A stretch of DNA of 64,000 nt from Peribolospora baueri (taxonomy: Eukaryota). Of the stretch, positions 36,306 through 49,087 are shown piece by piece. The notes beneath the pieces were generated by a model. The model searched no databases, had not been told where the DNA came from, and worked only from the letters and a program-made list of their open reading frames with translations. The position numbers were made by a program, and so were the translations under genes. Every line of letters begins with the position of its first letter. Position 1 is the first letter of the stretch. The stretch covers positions 1 through 64,000 of the forward strand of contig JAMDHS010000006.1 of assembly GCA_029717555.1 (NCBI GenBank). The letters are read 5' to 3'.

Positions 36306-39265
36306 ATGGTGAGCCCAAGGCGCGCCTGCCTACTCGTCAAGCGCTCAACCTTTCCATCTGACCAGCGTTTTCTTTGCTCTGTTGCTCGATTCATTCCGCT
36401 TAGGGTCACGGTTCTGACAAACTATGTGCGTATCCTTCGCGCCACCGCGTTCGCAAGGACGAGTGCTAACATCCACGTTGTTCGTCCTTTGCAGATATCA
36501 CCCATAGAGAACACACGGGGGAATTTGGTCAGGTGAGCCGTTTTACCGTCACGCTCGTTCCCTTGTTCAATGTACATCGTGCCTCACTCCTGTATCTTTC
36601 TCGTCTATTTGTCCCATTCTGCAACAGCACGGCGCGACGACAGGTGCACGAGCCAAAGAGACCGGAGAAAAGTTTCAACATCTGCCCTTCGACTGCTGCG
36701 CAATTTCTTTTCAGCCCTTTGAGACGCCTGTATGCTCGAAGGAGGACGGTACTGTTTTCGAGTTGAGGTGAGCCAGTCCCGCGGTGGGATGCAAGTCTAG
36801 GTGTAAAAGAAACAAAGAGGCCGGCGCTGATGATCCGGTCCTTCAAATGATTTCGGCTATGTCGCTTTGAAGCAATGTCATTCCCTTTCTCAAAAAGGTG
36901 CACTACCTCGTCTTTTGCCTGACTTGCGCGATTGGTGTGTCTGTCATTCATCGGCTTACACTTTTGTTCTCCTCGCCTGCCACAACGACCTAGTACGGCG
37001 TCAACCCCGCCACAGGTAAAAAACTTCAAGCTTCAGACCTGATCAAGCTCCACTTCCATAAAAACGCCGAGGGTAAGCAGTGCTCCTTGCATTGGAAAGT
37101 TCTTCCCCCACTGATCGAGTTGCGGTCGATGGTTCGCATATCCCATCCCGTATTTCAGGTCGATACCATGACCCTGTCTCTTTCAAGCTATTCACTGAGC
37201 ACTCGCACCTCGTGGCTATTGCCACGTCCGGAAACGTTTACACATACGAGACCCTCGAGCAACTGAACTTCAAGCCCAAGTTCTGGAAGGACCTTGTCAC
37301 GGATGAGTCGTTCACAAAAAAGGACGTGATCACCATTCAGGTGGGTGGTGAGGGTGAGGGCGGGAGCGTTCTGGTCAACTCGCTCACACAAATATTGTAT
37401 TCCTCTATCATACTGCATCAGGACCCTCACAACGTGTCACAACGGGACCTTTCCCGGTTCCACCACCTCAAGAACGAACTCGTGGTTACGGAAGCGGACA
37501 AGGGCGTGAAGGATGAGGAGAACATCAACATCAAGGGCATGGGCAACGCGGGCGCCTTGTTGAAGAGCATGCGAGCAGCCAAGGTGCGTTCATATTTGTC
37601 GTTCACGACCGCGAACTCTGAGTGAATCGACGTCTCTTGTTCCCATGGACGTGTAGGACGGCAAGTCTACCACTCCGACTTCGACGTCACGACCGCCAGC
37701 GTCTTCGTCTTCAGCACTTCGAGAAGCCTTGCCCGTCCCCTCCACATCAAAACCGCACATCCCCTATAATGCAGCTCATTACAGCACGGGTCTGGCCGCT
37801 GCCTCGCTGACGTCCTCGGCCATCACGCCGCATACCAAGAGCGAGCGGGCGCTCGTCGACGAAGAGGAGCTCATGTACGATGCTGTGCGCAAGATGAAGG
37901 GAGAGGGAAAGAGCGGTCAGATGGGCAAGGCGTACGTTCGTATCTTGACCAACTTTGGAGCTATCGAGTGCGAGCTGCATGCCGATAAGGTGAGCTTGAC
38001 GGCCGGCCGTTCGAGGTCGTGACGCTTCCCTTCTGTTTCGAGGCATCCAAGGCCGAATGACTGACCTAGATCGTGGACATTGTTTCTATCGGCTATCTAG
38101 GCGCCCAAGACGGTGTACAACTTCCTGATGCTCGCTCGGGAAGATAAGTACACGGACACTATCTTCCATCGAAACATTCCTGTGAGTATGGTCGCCTTGT
38201 GCTGCCGAGCTTCTGAGAAATCTTCTGACGTCTTGTGGTTACTCTGCGCTTTTTGGACAGGGATTTATGATACAAGGAGGTGATCCTACTGGCACCGGAG
38301 GAGGGGGGGAAAGCTATTGGGGCACTGTAAGTTTCGCTTTCCACGTTTACATCACTTCTTACATCTTGCATCTGATCTTCGACCTTTATTTCTTACCTCT
38401 TCTGACCAAACCACCTATTGCCGTACCCGACCGCAGCCCTTTCGAGACGAATTCGACGTTCGAGGAGCATACACACACGACGACCGAGGCGTCCTCTCGA
38501 TGGCGAACAGCGGGCCCTCGACCAACTCCTCTCAGTTCTTTATCACTTACCGAGCCACAAAACACCTCAACGGGAAGCACACCGTATTCGGAAAGGTGGT
38601 CGGTGGAATGGAAGTGTTGGATCAGATGGAGAGAGTGCCGTGTGATCCAGCTACTGATCGTGAGTGCCGATGTTGCATTCAAAAGCTAATGTCCGTCGTT
38701 TTTACCCTGATTCTGACATATCTTTTGCATTTCTCTTGCGCGCCTTGACTGCTTTCTCACCTCCTTCTGCGGCGGTTATCCGCCAATCCCAGGCCCGCTC
38801 CGAAGCATTCGTATCCGCGACGTCCACATCTTCTCTGACCCTTTCGCCATTTACAAAGAGCGCCTCGAGAAGCGCTTGGCGAGAGAATCGAGAGCTGGCG
38901 AGGAAGAGATGGAGAAGTTGGAGAAGAAGCGAAAGAGGGAGGAGGACAGGACGAACGTGTTTGGCGTGCATTTGGGCGCCAAGGGAGGGGGTGGCGAAGA
39001 GCGAGGGGGGAGAAAGCAGGGCGATGGTGCGCCGAGCCTGGAGCATTTGCTGGGTAACGGGGGTGGATCTATCGCCGTAGGCAAGTACCTCAAGACCAAC
39101 GCTGGCGGTAGTAACAAGGCCGGTTTGACGACTTCTGCGACCAGCAAACGAAAACCTGAGCCGACCACGACGGCGACGGGCGGACAAGCGCAAGCGGAGA
39201 TCGGCGCGGCGTACAAGAAAAAGCGGGCTAGTGGGGGCGGGTTTGGAAATTTCGACAGTTGGTGA
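36306..39265 (+). CDS. PPIL2: U-box plus cyclophilin, PPIL2/Cyp60-like spliceosomal PPIase, multi-exon
   Basis: [92 protein letters not shown]. Confidence 0.92.
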
Positions 39266-39687
39266 GGGAAAAGGTTCAGCTTGGGCGGCGTAACGGTTAG
39301 GTTAGGTGTTTTTGTGTCTATTTGCTCGTTTTCGTGCGCTCCTTGGCTGCCGCCCGCCCCGTTTCTCGTCTCTCGAGAGCGAGAGGACCGAAGAGACTTT
39401 CTGACTTGGAGCGGCGCGCCTGGCCATGTGCCTATGTGTAAATCTGCCTGCGTCGCATGTACACTAGATAGAGAGGCAAGTTCGAACGTCGACCGGGCGG
39501 ATGTCCACCACTTGATCGACGTTCTTTGAAGCGCCGTTCATGGGTTTGGGGAATCAACAGGCGCAAGCGAGAGCAAAGAACACCGGGACGAATCGGACGT
39601 GGCCTTCTTCCTTCCGAGTAAGTCCTTCCCTTCCAGACGCACACGCACACGCACACGCATACAATTGCAACACGACACGGGGTCTGT

Positions 39688-41203
39688 CTATGTCTTGACG
39701 ATGGGACTTTCCTGTCGACTTGCCCAGCCCATCCAGGACTGTTATGAGCAGGTGAGGAGAAAAAAAAAGCGAGAGAGGGGAGCGGAAGAGCGGACACGGT
39801 GATCACCGAGCCCCGGTCAGCTCAGCTGGTCGGTCAAGCCAGGTCAGGCCAGGCCAAGCGTTACGAGGGAGATGCGCACGCACCTCGTCATAGATCGCCG
39901 TCCCCTCCACGCCCAGCCTCTTGAGGGCGAGCCAAACGACGGCGGCAGTCATACCGCTACCGCACGTGGTCACGACCTGCGGAGGAGCATCCTTCTTCTT
40001 CCCTTGCAAGAGCAACTCGTTCAGCCTCTCCTCGCCTAGCTTTTCGTCTCCTGCGCCGAGGGCGGCCACCAACGCCTCTCGGAGATCCTTCGGGTTCTTC
40101 AAGGTCGTGTACGACCGAGGTTCACCTGTCTTGGAGGACAGTTGGTGAGAATCGACGAGGGATGAAAACGGCAAAGAGAGCGCGCCCGGCATGTGCCCTG
40201 AGCTTAGACCGGGACGAGGCTCTGGTGCCGTGCCATGGAATCGAGGGGCGGGACGGGCGTCGAGGATAAAGGACGGGTGGGCGGTTGGGGAGGAGACGAG
40301 GGAGAGCATTTCAGGGTAGTTGCGGATGAGGTTTGCGGAAAAGGTCGGAGTGGGATAGGTCGTCCGCTGGCGGGGGAGGAAGGGTACAGTGAATCTCCAA
40401 GGAGGTACGCAGAAACATCGGAAGACACCGCTTGCTCCGCTTGCAGACCCACTTCGGCTGCCTGCTGCTCTCCAGACTCGGTGGAAAATCCTTCGGCCTC
40501 CCAAGCTGGTAAGCCGCCGTCAAGAACGGAGACTCGTGGGTGGGAGAATGCCTATAAGGGCCGGCGGGGTGAATGATTGGCGTGAATGAGTCGTGGGCGA
40601 CCGAGCCAGGTGAGCACACCACCTCGTCCTCTTCGGTGAGATACTCACTATGAAAGTGAACGCCGTCCTCGGAGAAGAGAACACGCCGTGAGAGTCGTAG
40701 ACAACAACGTGTGTGTCAGGCGAGATGCCAAGCGCGCCTGACAATCAGAAAAAATGGGTGACGAGGAAACGACAGGGTCAGATATCGACACAAAACTCCG
40801 GTCGCGAGGCGGGACCACAAACTGGTCACGGCCGGGCCGCTCACTCACTTGCGGCTTCGGCGAACCTGACCGGCCCAGGCATCATATGGGGCAAGCCCCT
40901 GACGCTCTCTCCTTTCGTCGCCACGTCGTCAACGTCCCAAAACCTCGCTCCCGGGATTCGCTTTGCCAGAAACTCTTGCCGAGGGTTGCGAGGTACGTTG
41001 GGCATGAACCATGTTGCGTCGAGGGGGAGGATGTTGTGCGGGGCGGAGAGGAGGCTGGAGAGCTTGGAAGGAGTGAGGAGGAGGGTCGCTGGGGTGGCAG
41101 CGCTGGTAGCGAGGGAGCGGGTCATGTGTGCGCGGGGGTTGCCGGGTAAAGACGAGGGGAAGGGGAAGGGAGCGAGGCGAAACCGTCTGGGGGCGGCCAA
41201 CAT
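39688..41203 (-). CDS. TUM1: Tandem-rhodanese mercaptopyruvate/thiosulfate sulfurtransferase, multi-exon
   Basis: LDATWFMPN, RIPGARFWDVD, LPHMMP, VVVYDSHGVFSSPR, LDARPAPRFHGTAPEPRPGLSSGHMPG, TCGSGMTA, YDE|SWMGWA. Confidence 0.93.
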
Positions 41204-41379
41204 GGGGTGGTAGCGACAGGAAGATGGAGTGCGGTGGTGGTGGTGGTCACCGTCGTCGACAAGCACACGCACGCGAGGCGACCGGAAGGGGACGATCGGG
41301 CCGAGCCCACGTGGACGCCGTTCCGATCATCATCATCGCTCGCCAGTCCGTCGCCGACGATACGAGACGCAGCGTTGCT

Positions 41380-41390
41380 GACGACGACGG

Positions 41391-41443
<53 letters not shown>
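41380..41443. repeat. (GAC/GACAAC)n microsatellite between divergent TUM1 and VPS20
   Basis: Read directly. Confidence 0.9.
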
Positions 41444-41445
<2 letters not shown>

Positions 41446-41549
41446 GCGATCGACACTCACCGCTCTCTCCATTGACAGCAGACCGGCCCGCCCACCACCG
41501 CTCGCATCCGCATCTCTGCCCCCCCCCCACCTCTTCCGCCCGTCCCGTC

Positions 41550-42624
41550 ATGGGCGCGGCGACGTCCAAGAATGGCGTCAAGATTACCAAACAGGACCGG
41601 GCGATTTTGGAGTGAGTGACGACGACGACGGCGGCGGCATGCTCGTCGATCGACGATGGCTGATCGTTGCTGTTTGAACGGGTCGCTCAGTCTCAAGCTG
41701 CAACGAGATAAGGTCAAGCAGTACCAGAAGAAGGCGAGTCGTGCTACCATTCGCCGTTGGAGAGGGCCCTCCCTCGTTCTCATATCGCGGCCTTACCGTC
41801 CCTCTCATCCGCGACACACACACACAGCTCCAAACGACTCTAGACCTACAAAAACGACTAGCAGCAGAAGCGCTCTCGAAAAGCGAGAGGAGCAAAGCGC
41901 TGCGTGCGCTGAGGAACAGGAAATACCAGGAGCAGCTGTTGGTCAAGACGGATGGTCAACTGGAGACGCTCGAGGGGTTGGTGAGTGCTCGCCGGCCGGA
42001 CTCTGCTTTGATCTTTTCGGTCGTTCCAATGGATCGGCCCGTCTCCCATCGCTCACTGTCCCCCTCTTCTACGTCTGGGTCCCGGCAGGTATCGTCGATC
42101 GAGTTCTCCTTGATCGAAGTGTCGGTGGTGCACGGCTTGAAGCAAGGCAATAGCGTACTCAAGGAGATCCACAAGGAGGTCAATGTAGAAAACGTGCAAA
42201 AGCTGATGAGCGAGACGCAGGAGGCGGTGGCCTATCAAAAGGTGCGATCCGATCCAAGTTGTACACGCTGACGGGAACTGGCGTTCTAACTTTCTTTTCC
42301 CTTCTCACACACTTGCGCTTTCTTCTCGCATACTTGCACTTGCACTTGCCTATCGTACAGGAGGTGGACGAGATGCTAGCAACGCACATGACAGCCGAAG
42401 AGGAAGAGGCGGTGTTGAAAGAGCTGGCAGAGCTCCAAGCCGAGGTGGACACGCTTCTTGCCGGGCGCGCGAGGCCTGCAAAGGCCAACGTCGAGTTGCC
42501 GTCTGCGCCTTCGACGGAGCCCGTCGGTGTCCCGTCGTCGACGGAGACGGAGACGGAGGAGGCGGTGGTGGTGGAGGAGGAGAGCGGTGGCCGAAGGCGA
42601 GCAGGAGAAGCCGTGCCGGCGTGA
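41550..42624 (+). CDS. VPS20: ESCRT-III subunit Vps20/CHMP6, multi-exon
   Basis: N-terminal MG (myristoylation-like), ITKQDRAILDLKLQRDKVKQYQKK, IEFSLIEVSVVHGLKQGN, C-terminal ELPSAP (MIM2-like). Confidence 0.92.
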
Positions 42625-43125
42625 TCGGGCGGTCAGCGCGTATTTCTTGGGCTGTGTCTGTATACCTCCTTCCTCCTTTCTTGCATGTACAGTAGAGACA
42701 AGCCAGGACATCGATCCATCATCGCAGGCAAGCATACCAGAGAGCGTGGATTATTCTTACGACAACGACGACGACGGCCGCCATTACGTTTCCGGGTCTT
42801 CCTGTCCTGTCCGAACGCGCGCGATCATCATCCACTCCGGCTCCACTCGCTCCCATCGCTCCCATCCCTCTCTCCCTCCACTCTCATTCGGCAGCGGCCC
42901 GCCGTGCTTGCGTTCGGGCTTGCCAAGCCTTGGACTTGGTTGAACTGGCAGAGGCGCCCGCAAGCCGGCGACAAAAGCGAGCGAGCACACGGGTGGAGCG
43001 TGGTGGCTGAAGGACGTCACGTGGCCAAGCACATGGCGGTGTGCTTCTTTCGAGGCGTGGAACACGGCGCCAACACCGCCTCGCTGACTCGCTCTTACTT
43101 CGTCTCTGGACAGAACGCAGACAGA

Positions 43126-43134
43126 TATATATAA
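43126..43134 (+). promoter_or_regulatory. TATA box of the 7-TM gene
   Basis: TATATATAA about 80 bp upstream of ATG 43210. Confidence 0.6.
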
Positions 43135-43209
43135 GGATGCTAAGGACTCGTCGGCCAGGCGTCATCTCTGCCTTCACCACGACAAGTCACAGTCTTCTTC
43201 CCCCTCGCC

Positions 43210-44124
43210 ATGGGCCTCAACAACGAGGCGAGCCCCGCGCTCGTCTTCCTCATCCTCTACGCCCTCCTCCTCCTCCTCCTCGTCGCAGGCTACGCCACGA
43301 AGCGCCTCCGTTTCCTCTCCCGCTACACCACCATCCTCTTCCACGTCGTCGTCAGGCTCGCCTCCCAGGCCACCGGCCTCGCCTTTGGCATCGTCGGCTA
43401 CGCCAACCCGTCCCTCCTCGTCGCCTACTTCATCCTCGGTGCCGAGGGCTACTTCACCCTCGTCCTCTGCACTTTTCGTTTTCTCATCTCTTGGCAGGAG
43501 CGCAACACCCTCTCCCGCACCTCCTGGCTCGAGACAAAGTACCCCAAGGGCACCCCCTTCGGCGTCCGCTTCATCAACTCGTTCCGCCTCGCCGGAAAGC
43601 AGCGCCAGCCCATGGCCGTCATCCACCACCTCCTCGTCGCCGCCAACACGATCATCATCGTCGGCGGCTCCTTGCTCGCCGGCGGCATCGACCAGTTCTA
43701 TAAGAACCTTGGCACCGCAAAGGCCCTCCGCGCCGCCGGACAATCCGTCTTCCTCGCCATCCACATCTCCCTCCTCTTCATCCTCCTCGCCGTCCTCCGC
43801 CAATGCAGGCGCGAGACCGGCCGGACGCACACCACGCTCCTCATCCTCCTCGCCATCTGGCCCCTCCTCTTCGTCCGAGGCCTCTACGGAGTCCTCGCCG
43901 CCGTCCTACCCGCCTTCAACTACTTCAACCCGGCCAACTACACCGACACGGGCCTGTCCGAAGAGTTTGTCGTCACAGAGTACATTCTTGGTACCCTCAT
44001 GGAGTGGGCCTCGTGTGCCCTCCTCATGTCCACTTACTTCACCTCCCGCCACGATCCTACTGACGCTGACGCAGACCTACCTCGCACGGTGGAAAAGGAG
44101 AGCGAGAACGAAATCGCCCAGTAG
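43210..44124 (+). CDS. Intronless fungal integral membrane protein, ~7 TM (RTA1-like architecture), function unknown
   Basis: 304-aa ORF with strong C-ending codon bias, about 7 hydrophobic segments and LLFVRGLYGVL. Confidence 0.8.
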   Translation: MGLNNEASPALVFLILYALLLLLLVAGYATKRLRFLSRYTTILFHVVVRLASQATGLAFGIVGYANPSLLVAYFILGAEGYFTLVLCTFRFLISWQERNTLSRTSWLETKYPKGTPFGVRFINSFRLAGKQRQPMAVIHHLLVAANTIIIVGGSLLAGGIDQFYKNLGTAKALRAAGQSVFLAIHISLLFILLAVLRQCRRETGRTHTTLLILLAIWPLLFVRGLYGVLAAVLPAFNYFNPANYTDTGLSEEFVVTEYILGTLMEWASCALLMSTYFTSRHDPTDADADLPRTVEKESENEIAQ

Positions 44125-44266
44125 CGCTCCTTTACTCGTTCGTTTCGTTTCGTTCGTTCGTTCGTTCGCTTTCGCCGTCTTGGGGGATGTACATAGTCGT
44201 TGCCGGGTAAAAAAAAAAAAAAGGGACGCCAATGTGGAATCCTTCGCGGAATCGACTCGCGGCCCT

Positions 44267-46413
44267 TCACACGCCCCAAGAGACGACGACGACGACAAGG
44301 ACGACGACAGTGGCGCAAACCAGCGCAGCGGGAGCGGCGTCGCTGTGCATCTCCTTACCGCCTCCGCTCGTCGACGTCGAGGCGGAGGAGGCAAAGGGAA
44401 AGGCCGCGGAGGAGACGGAGACGGTGTACGGGCGGCCTTTGCCGTCGGTTAGGCCGGTGGGCACAAAGCCTGCCACGGCGCTCGTCACCGCCGCCGCGGT
44501 CGTTGATGCGGCCGACGAGTCGCTAAAAAAAGGAAAGGAAAAGGATCAGCGTGAGTCTTTCTCTCGTCTCTCTTGTCGGATACGTGCGTCGACGGCGCGT
44601 CGGACTGACTTGTAGTTGTCGAGGAATACCCTGCAAGGCGAGCGAACGGAACGGAACGGAAGGACGCGAAGACGATAGGCCGATAGACCGATGAGCGTGG
44701 CGCGTCGCGTGGGAGAAGGATCATCGCTCATCACGCCCACCTTTGGATACCTTGGGCCGAGTTGAGCTGATGGATGGATGGCAAGCGCCGAGGGGCAAGA
44801 TCCGTAACTCTTCGTTCGGTAACGGCACGACGGGCGCGACACCCGTGCCATGCCAGCACTCACCATCTCGACCGGATTATGACTCGCGTCGGCGATATAG
44901 TCCACCGTCTGCGCCGACGGCCAACCACCCGGCAAGCTATCGAGGTGACTCATGTAGTTGGACCCGCGGATGAGGTGGTAGTCGCCTTGCGATTGCGCCT
45001 CGCACGAGTTGTCCGAGTCGCCAAAGTCGTCGAGGCCGAAGGCGTAGTTGATTATCCTGCCAAAGGGGGGGAGAGAATAGACATGTTCCGTTGGTCCAGC
45101 GTCGGTGAGTCATTGCACAACCGGCTGGCTCGCCGACCTCACCGGCTTTGGTACTGGGGAAGGATGGCATCAAAGTTTTTCGTGACGAGGTAATTGGCGT
45201 AGAGCTGTCCGTAAAAAAAATGCGAGGCCGATGAGGGGACGACTCCCTAAAGCTTCCTTCCGCCTCCAGTCCCATTTTGACCCGCAGGAACTCGCAAAGC
45301 ACACCCACCTGAGTGTAGTTTTCCCATCCAAACTTCCAGCTGTTGAACGTGTTCGCGCAGCCGGCCGTCCCGTTCGGCCGGTCGGCGTTCCAGTAGACAA
45401 AGCTTCCCGGGTTGGCCACCCAGTAGTGCACGCCCACTGCGGAGCCTTGGGGGATCCGGCCCAGGGCGGCGTATCGCTGCACGATCTACCAGAGAGAGGT
45501 GGGGCGTAAGCGACCCGAGCGGGGCATTGCTGGCATCGGAAGGCAAGGCAAGACGAGGGAGTTCACCTGACCGCCGGCCGAATGGCCAGCGATGACGATG
45601 GTCTTCATGTTCGGGAAAGCGGCGAGGTCGGAAAAGTGACTGACGACGGCGTCGAGGCACTCGAACGAGGACACGTCCGTCGTGTTCTCCGGGTACTCGT
45701 TGTTCTGGCCTTGGATCCACTGGTTGCCGACCCAGACGAGCTCGTTCGACGTCGCACCCCTGCCCGATTTGAGGTCGTCCGTCCAAGGGAAGGCGCCCTT
45801 GTCTTGGCCGTTGCTGGGGGCGAATGGAGACGCATTCAACGCTCCGTTTCGCGGTCGGAACGTCGAAAGCCAGACGGAGGATGGCCGCTGGCCCGACTCA
45901 CAAGAACTCGGGAGCAAAGATGACCACCTCGTCCAACGCTATCGCGCCCGGGTGCCAGGCGGTGGCATTGAGAAGAGCATTGTAGGTGTGGTCCCAGTAG
46001 TGCCACGCGTCTCGTCCGTCGCCTGACACGACGAGACGAAAAAGGGGAACGCGCGGGCGCGGAAGTCAGGGTCGGGGAGAAAGGAGATTGTGGGCCCGAC
46101 AGGCGTCCACGACGGAGGTCCCGGGAGAGCACGCACCGTGGATCTGGACGACGACGCGCTTGATCTTCTGAGGATCGTAGTGGGCGGTGACGTAGTTGAC
46201 CAAGACGGGGCCACCAGGTCGGACCTCGAAGGACCGGTCGATGACGGCGCCAGGGACGTCGGGGAGACTCTTCCAGCCTGTGTCCGAGCTGAGGTCATCG
46301 TCACGGCTCTCGTGGACGACCTGAACGGCGGTGACGGGGGCGGAGGAGAGAAGGCGCGTGGAGATGAAGAGAGCGAGGAAGTGAAGAAGGGAGTATCCTC
46401 GCCAGGGCGCCAT
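44267..46413 (-). CDS. Secreted, probably GPI/membrane-anchored alpha/beta hydrolase, multi-exon
   Basis: Signal peptide MAPWRGYSLLHFLALF, VVVQIHG, VVIFAPEF, IAGHSAGGQ nucleophile elbow, QRYA, VANPGS; Ser/Thr-rich tail ending in hydrophobic ALVCATVVVLVVVVVSWGV*. Confidence 0.78.
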
Positions 46414-46786
46414 GGTGAGCGAGCCAGAGGGGATGAGAAGGAGCCGTAGCCAAGAAGGAGAGCTGAAGAGAAGACGGGCTTGTTCAGCCAGTAGTCGAGC
46501 ACTGGAGTTGAGTCGATTAGCTGAGAAGGAAGAAAAGACGGAAAGCAAGGATGTGGACGAAGAAAACCAATGATGGGACGGTCGTCAAAGCTTCCCCCCC
46601 GATAGTAGCGAAAACAGGTCCGTATACACGTCGTAAGCATAGGTACTCTAAGAGCGCGGGCGCGGGCGATCAGACGCGACGTGACGCGTCAGCGTCGAAC
46701 TTTGATGTTAACTGAGAGCCACGACGGCGGCGAAGGACAGACGGACGGACGGAACGGACGTGGTGGGGGGAACTCGTGGGCCTCCG

Positions 46787-48342
46787 TCATTCCTCTCTAC
46801 CCTCCCGCTCCGCTTGCGCATTCCTCCTCCGAATCCACTCCACCACCTCTTCCAAACTCGTCACCGTCCGGACCTTCTCCTCGCCCAATCGGGCAAGTTC
46901 GTCAGAGTCGAGATGAATGGGACGGGCGGTATGGAAGTGGGGTCGTTGGAGGAGGAAGGCGTGCATGCCGACGGAGCGGGCGCCTTTGTAGTCCCTGCGA
47001 GGCCCAGGCGGAAGAAGGAACGGTCAGCTGCGTCGCTCGAGTCATCTCGACGACGGCAGTGGATCGACGAGCGACGAGCAGGACTCACGCCTCCAGCTCG
47101 TCGCCGACGTGAACGGCCTCGTCAGGTGCAACAGGCGCCGACAGTGCCCGTCCGGCCTTGTCGAGAGCGAGGCGATAGATGCGCGCGTCCGGTTTGCTGA
47201 ACCCGGCGTCGTAGTCGAGAGTGAGCTGATCTGGGTGAAGGAGGGGGAGAATGGAGAGAGAGGAGAGGACGGAGACTGGCGTGCGGAGGCACGGTTAGTG
47301 GATTGTAGAAGGAGAAGGACACGGAGAAGAGGTAGGACGGGGGAAGCGGTGCGACGAACGCGTGGACCTCCAATTATGCCAAGCGTCGACGTACAGCGCC
47401 ACAGTCCGACGACTACTCACGGATCCTACTGTCGGCGTTGCTCACGATGCCCGCCATGACTCCCAACTGTCTCAGCTCCTTGAGCGCAGGCACGACGTCT
47501 GGATAGTCGACGTAGCCTGTGGGGTCGGACACAGAGAGGGAGACAGAGATATGTATGAGTCGACAGAAGGAGGCCGAGCGCGAGGCCGTGCCTGTTCGAG
47601 ATGCGACTCACCGGCAGACGAGGAGAACCTATCGAGAAGATCGCGGACGAGCTTGGCACTGACGCGCTCCAGATCTAGAGAGAGGCGCGATCGAGCGATG
47701 GAAAGGGGTACGAACCGGTGAGCGCCGGCATCCTCTCCTTGGCCGAGAAAAAAGTCGAGGAAAGGCCTGAAAGCCGCGCCGCTCACCATTGAGAGGCACG
47801 CCCGCATAGGTAAAGGTGCGCCGGATGATGAGCGACCACCACGTATCCGGATCGAGGCCGGTGGCTTTGCCGTACACCGGGTGTTCCGCCGCTGTTTCTT
47901 TGAAGGCTAGACGAGTGGAGGGAAGAGGGATACGAAATTGAGATTGAAGAGCCAGCTTGGAGGGATGGGCACGAGCATGGACCAGGGCGATGCTCACCCC
48001 GTTTGAACACATCTTTTAGCGCGTCTTCTTTGCCGTCCATCGGCAGCCCGTATTCCCTGCCCACTTGCGCCTGGAGAGACGGCGGGGCGGTGAGCGTTTC
48101 GACTGGCGCGACGACAGAGCCACTTTGGGCGTACCCACATACTGGACGTACACGGGCTCGCGCGGGGTGACGAGCGTGCCAAAGGCGTCCAAGGTGACCA
48201 GCTTGATCCGTTTCCCTTCGCGTGCTCGTGCCTGTGGTCGAGATGGACAGGTGGTGTTGGCCGTTCCGGCCATGCGGATTCGGGTGCCGGAGAAGAAGAA
48301 ACGGCTGGGAAGGGGTGTTGAAGAGGAAGAAAGGACTCGCAT
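46787..48342 (-). CDS. HAD-superfamily hydrolase (HDHD3-like), multi-exon
   Basis: LVTLDAFGTL (motif I), GIVSNAD (II), SKPDARIY (III), VHVGDELEADYKGARSVG (IV); start at 48342 or 48273. Confidence 0.88.
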
Positions 48343-49087
48343 GAAGTCGATCGCGATCGCGTTTGGACGATGCATGTGCGTCGATCGAACGATGATTGAT
48401 AAGATCACGGACGATCGCCGGCCAATGAAGGAAGGAACGGAGGACAGGTTGGCCGCTGTCCGTTCGTTGAAAAGGCGACTCCTTTCTCTTCTTTCACTGC
48501 ACAACGAAAGGCGTGCTCTGGCGGGGATGACTGCAGCGCTTCTGTCCGGAAAGAGGCACTACTTACATCTGCCGCAGTCGAGAGCCGGGCCGGTGCAATG
48601 GCGGTCCGACAGTCCGCGCCGGCCTAGCTGGACACAGTCTTCTTGGACTGGATTACATGCGAAGGAATATCGACGATGGGTTTCACCAGAGATGTTTCTA
48701 TGGAAAGACAACTTTCGTCTCGTCGTCTCCGGAGAACATCTTGAAACGAATTGCATGAATCTGTTGGAAAATATCATATCCGTCCACGGCGTTAGCCGCG
48801 GAATATCGGTCTTTCATGCTGAGTCGTACGCGACGACGTCTCATTGTACATGGTAGCACGTGACCAGCATTGGAGGGCTCGGTCGGCCCATGCGGCGCTG
48901 ATCCTGTCACACGCCGTTACATGGCGATAGCTTCCGATGAAAACGTACTGTCCACCTCGACCGTGTTCATTTGTGCTCTGCCTTGGCTCGCTCTCACTGA
49001 GGGAAAAAAAGGACGTCCACGCCCTGGGGCCTTTAGGGGCATCGCATCCCAGCCTCGTGACCCGTCACCTTCCGTGACGGCGCAGCA

